Part shown: one piece after another, positions 10,054 through 16,077 of the stretch
How positions within the stretch are numbered: position 1 is the first letter of the stretch
Layout of the letters: each line of letters begins with the position of its first letter
DNA from: Thermodesulfobacteriota bacterium
Lineage (GTDB): Bacteria; Desulfobacterota; BSN033; UBA1163
DNA length: 37,527 bases
Assembly: GCA_040756085.1 (NCBI GenBank)
Contig: JBFMAE010000405.1
Span: 1 to 37,527, forward strand
Reading direction: 5' to 3'
Position numbers and translations under genes: made by a program
Notes under the pieces: model-generated
The model's database searches: none
What the model was told of the DNA's origin: nothing
The model's input: the letters and a program-made list of their open reading frames with translations, nothing else

Positions 10054-10578
10054 ATGATTACGGAATTTAGAGGAAAATATCCTAAGGTTGATCCAACCGC
10101 CTTTATCGCTGAAAATGCGATGGTCATTGGTGATGTGGAGATAGGTTCGGGGAGCAATATCTGGTTTTACAGCATCGTCCGAGGAGATCAGAACTATATC
10201 CGGATTGGGTCAAACTGCAACATCCAAGATGCCTGTATCCTTCATGTGGAAAATGATCTTCCCCTAATCATTGGAAATAATGTAGCATTGGGCCATCGAG
10301 TGGTGGCCCATGGATGCAATATTGGAAGGAGCTCCTTGATCGGAATTGGTGCCCTCGTGCTAAATGGGGCTGAAATTGGAGAAGAATCCATCATCGGTGC
10401 AGGATCAGTGGTCACGCCCCATAGTATTATCCCGCCAAGAACCTTAGCCTTGGGAAGTCCCGCAAAACCGGTCCGACCTCTTAAAGAGAAAGATTTCGAA
10501 TTGATCCGGCAAACCATAAAGAACTACCAAGATTTAAAGGAGATTTATCAATCCTTTCCCAGCAATAGGGAGAAATGA
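10054..10578 (+). CDS. gamma-carbonic-anhydrase-like / PaaY-like left-handed beta-helix (hexapeptide repeat) protein
   Basis: 174 aa; hexapeptide repeats; typical N-terminus ...VDPTAFIAENAMVIGDVEIGSGSNIWFYSIVRGD. Confidence 0.88.
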   Translation: MITEFRGKYPKVDPTAFIAENAMVIGDVEIGSGSNIWFYSIVRGDQNYIRIGSNCNIQDACILHVENDLPLIIGNNVALGHRVVAHGCNIGRSSLIGIGALVLNGAEIGEESIIGAGSVVTPHSIIPPRTLALGSPAKPVRPLKEKDFELIRQTIKNYQDLKEIYQSFPSNREK

Positions 10579-10675
10579 CAATAAGACTTTCTCAGTAACA
10601 GCGTTTGGAATCTTCTGGCCCAAAATTTGCTTAATATCTTTTCGTTTTTTGATATATTAAAGGAACCTTAAATAC

Positions 10676-10792
10676 ATGCGTGCCTTTGCATCGGCTTGGC
10701 CAGAGCGCCACATTGTGCAAGAGGTCCTTGCACAAATTACATGGTACCATTTAATAGCTCTGAGGCAGAACAGATGGTATCACAAAATGTGA
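10676..10792 (+). pseudogene. short fragment resembling the middle of a DUF1016/YhcG-type (PDDEXK nuclease) gene
   Basis: 38-codon frame MRAFASAWPERHIVQEVLAQITWYHLIAL... matches the conserved ..MRAFAEAWPD..IVQQ..AQLPWGHN..LL segment of that family as I recall it; no N- or C-terminal remainder. Confidence 0.4.
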
Positions 10793-11157
10793 TACCACAT
10801 AAAAAGTATTTCGGCGGGTCACTCCCTTATGCGTTTACAGAACAAGGTGTAGCAATGCTATCGAGTGTATTGAACAGCGAGAGAGCCATTAAGGTAAATA
10901 TTGAAATCATGAGGGCATTTGTCAGACTCCGGCAGTTACTTGCCTCAAATAAGGAGCTTGCTATAAGGCTGGATGAGCTCGAAAAGAAATATGATGCCCA
11001 GTTTAGGGTAGTCTTTAATGCCATCCGGGAGTTAATGAGGCAGCAAGAACCCGCACCTCCCAAGAAACGAATAGGGTTCTTGGTGGAAGAACCGCGTGTG
11101 CCCTACGAATCCTCAAGAAGATCTAAAAAAAGGAACAAAAATTTTATGGTGCTTTGA
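10741..11157 (+). pseudogene. ORF6N-domain protein lacking the N-terminal half of the domain
   Basis: ..SQNVIPHKKYFGGSLPYAFTEQGVAMLSSVLNSERAIKVNIEIMRAFVRLRQ.. is the C-terminal half of the ORF6N domain plus the usual coiled tail. The expected ~45 upstream residues are replaced by the DUF1016-like fragment in another frame. Confidence 0.65.
10775..10797. repeat. perfect palindrome TGGTATCACA-AAA-TGTGATACCA
   Basis: 10-bp arms with a 3-nt centre; sits exactly on the codons for MVSQNVIP at the junction between the two gene fragments. Confidence 0.9.
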
Positions 11158-11273
11158 AAGATGTTTTCGTAGTCGCAAAAATTGAAGGCGAATCAGGTTA
11201 CATCAACCTGAAAGGAATGCGTCTTCGTGGGGAATACAAGAAACCGATTGAGGAAGGACGATTGTTACTGCTT

Positions 11274-11669
11274 TCACCTTTCAAAGAAAATCAAAACGTA
11301 ACACAGCAGACTCAATCTCCTATCCGAATTCAAATTCACCCCCTCCCTAGCCCTCCCCCTCGAGGGGGAGAGAGAGGGTGCCATTCGAAGGATATCGGCA
11401 TAAGGCATGTCCGGTCTGAATTCAACCTCAGTCATATAGTCACTGACCTTCAGGTCGGGAATCGGCTTGATCTTTGCTTCAGCAACTTTTTCTATACTGA
11501 AATTTTCAAGCAATTTCTGGTGACCCTCCTCTTCCTTGGCCAATTCCAAAAAGAGTTCCTTCGCCCCTGAATATTTTGCTGACTGACTGACCCCCGTATA
11601 AAACTTGAAGGCCTGAATCTCTTTGTCAATGGCAAACTGAATGATCTCCTTAAATTTCTTCTCCTCCAT
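11274..11669 (-). pseudogene. ferritin-like/rubrerythrin-family protein truncated after its first helix pair
   Basis: The family match (..AIDKEIQAFKFY..LAKEEEGHQKLLE..DMPYADILRMA) stops near 11381. There the frame runs into a GC palindrome and continues as low-complexity sequence. Only one ExxH pair is present, against two in the neighbouring paralogue. Confidence 0.55.
11353..11370. repeat. GC-rich palindrome CTCCCCCTC/GAGGGGGAG centred on CTCGAG
   Basis: 9-bp arms directly abutting; located at the truncation point of the ferritin-like gene. Confidence 0.8.
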
Positions 11670-11780
11670 AAGCGCTCCTTTCTATTCCTACTTCCTTTTA
11701 AATGATTTCTCCCACTCAGATCCTAAACCCCGTCCCATTCTAACATACATTTTGATTTGATTTTAGATTTTTCAATCTAC

Positions 11781-11863
11781 AATCCGCAATCCGAAATCCC
11801 CTCACCCTTCCCATCTCCCCCTGCCTACCGGCAGGCAGGCATTGGGGAGATGGCGGGGTGAGG
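11781..11863. repeat. compound intergenic hairpin element (word repeat AATCCGCAATCCGAAATCC plus three-tier GC hairpin)
   Basis: Nested pairs CCTCACCC/GGGTGAGG, CATCTCCCC/GGGGAGATG and CTGCCT/AGGCAG; shares the exact 12-mer AATCCGAAATCC and the CTGCC/GGCAG core with 18106..18170. Confidence 0.8.
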
Positions 11864-11865
11864 AC

Positions 11866-12498
11866 TCAGTCTCCCCAACTCCAGAGACCGGTATTGTGAA
11901 GGCTATAGTACTGATCGTTTAGCAGCTTCTCATGGAGAGCCTCCTCATCGGCTAAACGTTTGCACATATCTTTTCCCCGTGGGTCTTTCGTTAACTCAGC
12001 CAACGATCGATAGTAGGCGTGAGCTTTTTTCTCCTCTCGGATCGCTATTTTCAAAGCATCCATATCGGTGAGCTGGTCCTGGCCTTTAGATTTCTCCGCC
12101 TTCAAAGGAAAGGTCTTCTTCTTAAGGGTCGTCCCTTCGTAGAGAATCCACTCCCCCTTCTCCTGAAGCGATTTGAGGAGGTTTTTCAGCCTCTGATAAT
12201 GATTCATTTCGAATTCGGAAAGTTGCTGAAACATATCCCTCCCTTTGGGGTTTTTTGTCATCTTGGCAGCTTTCGAATAAGTCTGATGGGCTTCTTTCTC
12301 CGCTTCCATCGCCACTTTTACCGCCTTGATATCCTCGCGCTCCATCCATGGTAGCTCTTTTCCGCAGGTTTTGCATGAAAGTTTTTTCTCTCTTTTGATG
12401 ACATCCGCTACATTCTCAAACCCCTCAAGAGTCATATCCGCTTCAGCACCACAATGCTGACACGTATAAGTCTCTTTCACACTCTTGCCCATGGTCAT
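11866..12498 (-). CDS. rubrerythrin/ferritin-like di-iron protein with N-terminal zinc ribbon
   Basis: 210 aa; CQHCG...CKTCG ribbon followed by two helix pairs carrying ExxH (EFEMNHY, DEEALHE). Confidence 0.8.
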   Translation of the reverse strand: MTMGKSVKETYTCQHCGAEADMTLEGFENVADVIKREKKLSCKTCGKELPWMEREDIKAVKVAMEAEKEAHQTYSKAAKMTKNPKGRDMFQQLSEFEMNHYQRLKNLLKSLQEKGEWILYEGTTLKKKTFPLKAEKSKGQDQLTDMDALKIAIREEKKAHAYYRSLAELTKDPRGKDMCKRLADEEALHEKLLNDQYYSLHNTGLWSWGD

Positions 12499-12511
12499 CT
12501 CCTTTCCAACA

Positions 12512-13033
12512 TCATTTGGCCAATGCCTCGATCATCTCCCTGCAGAATGCAGGCAGATCATCGGGTTTCCTCGAAGTGATCAGGTTACCGTCTCTGACGA
12601 CCTCCTCATCCACATAGGTTGCTCCGGCATTGACCATATCGTCCTTGATTGCAAAGAAGCCGGTCACCTTCTTCCCCTTTAACATTCCGGCGGAGACGAG
12701 CATCCAGCCCGCATGGCAGATGGCTGCGATTACTTTTCCCTTCTGATGGGCCTCTCTGACAATCCTGACCATCTCTGGATAGCGTCTCATCATATCCGGT
12801 GCATAGCCTCCAGGGATGACCACACCATCATATTTTGACATATCGATCTCTTTCGCTTCTTTATCCACTTCTACAGGATACCCGTATTTTCCAGTGAAGG
12901 TTCGGCTGCTTCCCGATCCCACCACCGTGACATCAGCCCCTTCCTCTTTCAATCGATAATAAGGGACCCAAAGTTCCAGATCCTGGTAGAGGTTCTCTGC
13001 AAGGAGAACAACCTTTTTCCCTTTGAGTCGCAT
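12512..13033 (-). CDS. DJ-1/PfpI-family protein (PfpI-type intracellular protease/deglycase)
   Basis: 173 aa; nucleophile elbow AAICHAGWML; GGAAAGGAG RBS. Confidence 0.9.
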   Translation of the reverse strand: MRLKGKKVVLLAENLYQDLELWVPYYRLKEEGADVTVVGSGSSRTFTGKYGYPVEVDKEAKEIDMSKYDGVVIPGGYAPDMMRRYPEMVRIVREAHQKGKVIAAICHAGWMLVSAGMLKGKKVTGFFAIKDDMVNAGATYVDEEVVRDGNLITSRKPDDLPAFCREMIEALAK

Positions 13034-13148
13034 CTTGTTTTTCTCCTTTCCATTTCTTTAATATTTAAAACGGTATCCGCAGCAAAGGTATAACCGCAAT
13101 TAGAACATTTCCATTGAGTCATTGAATTCACCTCCCCTCTTTAGTAAT

Positions 13149-13215
13149 GAGTTTGGAGTTAAGAGTTCGGAGAATTTTCTAAATAATTATTAATTTTTTT
13201 ACTCCGAACTCCGAA
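13149..13215. repeat. intergenic hairpin built from GAGTTCGGAG / CTCCGAACTC words with an AT-rich loop
   Basis: GAGTTCGGAG (13163..13172) pairs with CTCCGAACTC (13202..13211); further degenerate copies of the same word flank both arms. Confidence 0.75.
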
Positions 13216-13815
13216 CTAATGACTCCGAACTTTTATTCGGTCTTCATAAATGAGTTTCCTTCCAGCCTCAAAGGCATGTTGGAGGGCATCGGGATGCTTT
13301 AGGATATCCTCCTTTGCATCGATTCCCCGGAAGACCAATTCGCCTATATATTCGGCGTTGAGGACATCAAAAAAATATTTGGTAGTCAAAATCGCTCCCT
13401 CAAAAACTCTCTGCCCCTTCGTTCCGCCCACAGAGATCAGAAACCCCTTTCGCCTCTTTCCCTCCTTACCCAGAGATGGATCTTTCACTAGGTACTTTCT
13501 TGCCCAGAAGGCCTGAGTTCGGTCCACGAGGGCTTTGGCCCAGGCGGTGATGCCATAAAAGAAGATGGGCGAGGCGAGGATGATGACATCTGCCTCCAGC
13601 AGCTTCGGGTAGATCTTCTGCATATCATCAAGGATGACACATTCCCCGGTCCGGTCACATCCGTGGCATTCTTTGCACGGGGTGATCGTGAAATCAGTGA
13701 TAAAGAGGCGCTCTACCTCTGCTCCTTCTGCCTTCGCTCCTTTGAGGGCTTCTTCCAAAAGGAGCTCCGTGTTACCTCCTCTTCTCGGACTGCCAAAAAT
13801 TCCTAAAACCTTCAT
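13216..13815 (-). CDS. iron-sulfur flavoprotein / NADPH-dependent FMN reductase family (flavodoxin fold)
   Basis: 199 aa; MKVLGIFGSPRRGGNTE N-terminus and compact Cys motif CKECHGCDRTGEC typical of ISF proteins. Confidence 0.85.
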   Translation of the reverse strand: MKVLGIFGSPRRGGNTELLLEEALKGAKAEGAEVERLFITDFTITPCKECHGCDRTGECVILDDMQKIYPKLLEADVIILASPIFFYGITAWAKALVDRTQAFWARKYLVKDPSLGKEGKRRKGFLISVGGTKGQRVFEGAILTTKYFFDVLNAEYIGELVFRGIDAKEDILKHPDALQHAFEAGRKLIYEDRIKVRSH

Positions 13816-13852
13816 CGAACTCTCCTATCATATCTAATCTCTCCAATTCCAC

Positions 13853-13881
13853 GTAGGGAACGGTTTGAAACCGTTCCCTAC
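13853..13881. repeat. near-perfect palindrome GTAGGGAACGGTTT-G-AAACCGTTCCCTAC
   Basis: 14-bp arms; intergenic between the methyltransferase and ISF genes. Confidence 0.85.
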
Positions 13882-13966
13882 AAAAAGGGGAAGGGGGTTT
13901 TCATATCCATGGGATTGAACCAAGCTCCCTTAAACCATCCAACTGGGGTTTCTCGATCCCTTTGTG

Positions 13967-15073
13967 CTAGATCAGCACCTTAAAAACCTCACCCAACCCA
14001 GCTTCCGGTTCAATCAGGTGCTTCAATGAAAGTCTCAATCGGAGTCCATCCAATTCAGATATTTTACTTCCCAACGACTCCATTTCCTGAAGTATACCCA
14101 ACCCCATGAGGAATTGGTACTGGGGGACGAGGCCGGTGAAGTGGAGACCTATCTCTTCACCCTTCCTGATCAGGCCGGTGAAGTTAATATGGGAAGTAAT
14201 GTCCTGTTCTCCCAATCTCTCATAAGGATTTTCTGAAATCTGATGTTTGTGATAACAAAGAAGCGTTCCCTCTCGACGATGTGGAGCATAAAGTTCACCA
14301 GAGAGATAGCCGTAATCGATCGTTAAAACAAAACCCCTTTTCAAAGATCGGCTTACTTTTTCCATCCACTCCAGGGCATTTAAATTCACCTCTGACTTCT
14401 GGCCTTCTTGGAGAGTGATGTCCATGGATCTGAGGTAGTTAGAAATCCGTGGATCGGAGAGTTCTTCCCACCGCTCCTCCAATTGGCCGTTATGATGGGT
14501 GACATAGACCTCTTTCAAATTCCCCTGATCGAGAACCACTCTGCGAACAGGAAAGGCATCAACCAGTTCATTGGAGAGGAAGCAGCCCTGGATTTGAATT
14601 TTACCATTTTCAAACTCTTCCGGATCCCTCCAGATGATCTTTCCCTCTCTTTCCTGCTCAGCCAGTCTTTCTTTCTGTTCTTTTAAAAAATGGGGAGCAG
14701 TTTCAAAGAGGTGATAGTTGAGCCGGTGGTAGAAAGGAGGTGCATTTGTTTTCGCCCAATTCAGGATATCCTCACAGAGAAACCCTCTTCCTGCTCCCAT
14801 TTCAACCACATCAAAGGTCTCCCCTCCAAGGATCTCCGACATCTGGGAGAATTGTTTTCCGATCAATTGGCCAAAGAGGGGATGAACGCAGGGGCTTGTA
14901 TAATAATCCCCCTCTTTACCGATGGTTGTTCCCTTTGACCGGTAATAGCCATATTCCGGATGATAGAGACACCATTCCATGAATTGAGAGAAGGGAATGG
15001 GGCCTCTTTCATCGATTTGAGAGAGAATGAATTTTCTCAGCCCTTCATCCCCGTTCTGATTTGCTTTTTCCAT
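13967..15073 (-). CDS. class I SAM-dependent methyltransferase, MidA/NDUFAF7 (DUF185) family
   Basis: PFSQFMEWCLYHPEYGYYRS.., YYTSPCVHPLFG, SAM-binding VVEMGAGRGFL; start placed at ATG 15073 (MEKANQ..), GTG at 15121 also possible. Confidence 0.82.
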   Translation of the reverse strand: MEKANQNGDEGLRKFILSQIDERGPIPFSQFMEWCLYHPEYGYYRSKGTTIGKEGDYYTSPCVHPLFGQLIGKQFSQMSEILGGETFDVVEMGAGRGFLCEDILNWAKTNAPPFYHRLNYHLFETAPHFLKEQKERLAEQEREGKIIWRDPEEFENGKIQIQGCFLSNELVDAFPVRRVVLDQGNLKEVYVTHHNGQLEERWEELSDPRISNYLRSMDITLQEGQKSEVNLNALEWMEKVSRSLKRGFVLTIDYGYLSGELYAPHRREGTLLCYHKHQISENPYERLGEQDITSHINFTGLIRKGEEIGLHFTGLVPQYQFLMGLGILQEMESLGSKISELDGLRLRLSLKHLIEPEAGLGEVFKVLI

Positions 15074-15525
15074 ATCCAGAGGAGCTCCCTGTTGTGGTAT
15101 CCAGACTGAACCAATTCCCACCCATCTTTTCTCACGTGGAGGGAAGCCCTAACCCTGCCATGAACCACATGGGGTTCAGGAATAGGTTTGGAACGACCAT
15201 GTCCTTTACCATCCCGGATCAGCCTCACAATGCCTGAGATTCCACCATGCGATCTCAAGTTGAAGTCATTTTGAAATCCATTCAGAGGTGAGGGGAAGAT
15301 ATTGATATGAATATTTTCCCCTAAACTGTTTAATATGATTTCTCTTCCGGTGATATTTTCTACCCTGTTGAGGATAAAGATATTAAAACGCTCTTCAGAT
15401 AATAAAGCTTTGACCTGATAACCGCTATTGAGTATCACCACTTCATGGCCTTCTCTCTCCAGGCATTCTCTTAAATAATCACGACTGGTCATGTCGTGAT
15501 CAACGATACAAATTCTATCTTTCAT
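15037..15525 (-). CDS. receiver-like (pseudo-receiver) domain protein lacking the phospho-acceptor Asp
   Basis: 162 aa; N-terminal ~115 aa follow the CheY-like pattern (RICIVDHD ... FNIFILN ...) but Asn replaces the expected Asp. AGAGGA RBS. The C-terminal ~45 aa is unrecognisable and overlaps the next gene by 37 nt. Confidence 0.5.
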   Translation of the reverse strand: MKDRICIVDHDMTSRDYLRECLEREGHEVVILNSGYQVKALLSEERFNIFILNRVENITGREIILNSLGENIHINIFPSPLNGFQNDFNLRSHGGISGIVRLIRDGKGHGRSKPIPEPHVVHGRVRASLHVRKDGWELVQSGYHNRELLWIWKKQIRTGMKG

Positions 15526-15579
15526 TATCCATCCTCTTCCAAGATGAGTTCACGAAGTTGATTTTCTGGAAAGGGGATG

Positions 15580-15723
15580 TCACCGCCTCTGTTCGATGCG
15601 ATTTTCGAGGATGACCTGGTCAATGATCTCTCCACAAAAGATGCATCTCCATCCGAAAAATTCTTCGCATATGCCGTAGAATTTTTCGAAGATCATGACC
15701 CCACCGCAACGTTTGCACTTCAT
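15580..15723 (-). CDS. 47-aa zinc-ribbon protein (MKCKRCGG...WRCIFCGEIIDQVILENR)
   Basis: Two CxxC pairs; ATG at 15723 preceded by GAGGAGG 5-6 nt upstream; first ORF after the sigma-54 promoter. The longer 100-aa reading has no RBS and includes the promoter itself. Confidence 0.6.
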   Translation of the reverse strand: MKCKRCGGVMIFEKFYGICEEFFGWRCIFCGEIIDQVILENRIEQRR

Positions 15724-15865
15724 ATTAACCTCCTCAGTGTGGTGAAGCCTCATCCCATCAAGGCTTGGCTTCCGGGTAACCGAATTTAAAATATTGGTAT
15801 TTTTAGTTGTCATATACACTGCCAAATTGTGAAAGACACCCAAACGACTTTCCTGCAAATTTATA

Positions 15866-15881
15866 AGCAATTTCCATACCA
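15866..15881 (-). promoter_or_regulatory. sigma-54 (-24/-12) promoter TGGTATGGAAATTGCT
   Basis: Minus-strand sequence matches TGGCAC-N5-TTGC with GG and GC at the canonical spacing; lies ~140 nt upstream of the zinc-ribbon ORF and downstream of a sigma-54 activator gene. Confidence 0.6.
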
Positions 15882-16047
15882 AAAAAAGATTTTATAAGGA
15901 TATTGATAAGTTATCGAATTTCAAGAAGGAAAGTATGGGGAGGAATAGAAATTGGCAATGAATATGATGTCTATTTTTGAACCATAGTTTTGTGCAAATA
16001 ACCTCCTTAAATTAAAAAAATATTTTAATTTTAATAAATTATACCTA

Positions 16048-16063
16048 TGTCTATTTTTAGACA
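16048..16063. promoter_or_regulatory. candidate enhancer (UAS) palindrome TGTCTA-TTTT-TAGACA
   Basis: Perfect 6-4-6 palindrome ~200 nt upstream of the predicted sigma-54 start site; the 12-mer ATGTCTATTTTT recurs at 15967..15978; an AT-rich tract lies between. Confidence 0.4.
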
Positions 16064-16077
16064 GACCTATATCAATT

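Noticed and set aside
11154-11570. 138-aa plus-strand ORF (MKDVFVVAKIEGESGY...EEGRLLLLSPF...)
   Set aside because: Only the first ~55 codons look protein-like. The rest crosses the GC palindrome and runs antisense through the ferritin-like gene. It uses a TTG start overlapping the previous stop and I can name no family with confidence. It is treated as debris inside the decay patch rather than as a gene.
13853-13881. 14-bp-arm palindrome as an intrinsic terminator for the methyltransferase gene
   Set aside because: On the minus (gene) strand the T-run precedes the hairpin rather than following it, and on the plus strand it is followed by A residues. It is classified as a repeat or structural element.
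15074-15121. GTG at 15121 as the start of the MidA-like methyltransferase
   Set aside because: The ATG at 15073 has a GGGAG upstream and shortens the overlap with the preceding ORF. The extra 16 residues (MGIGSVWIPQQGAPLD) are not part of the family pattern. Not excluded.
15724-15882. Long version (100 aa) of the zinc-ribbon ORF
   Set aside because: Its first codons are the sigma-54 promoter sequence itself (TTG GTA TGG AAA TTG CT), and no RBS is present, whereas the internal ATG at 15723 has GAGGAGG.
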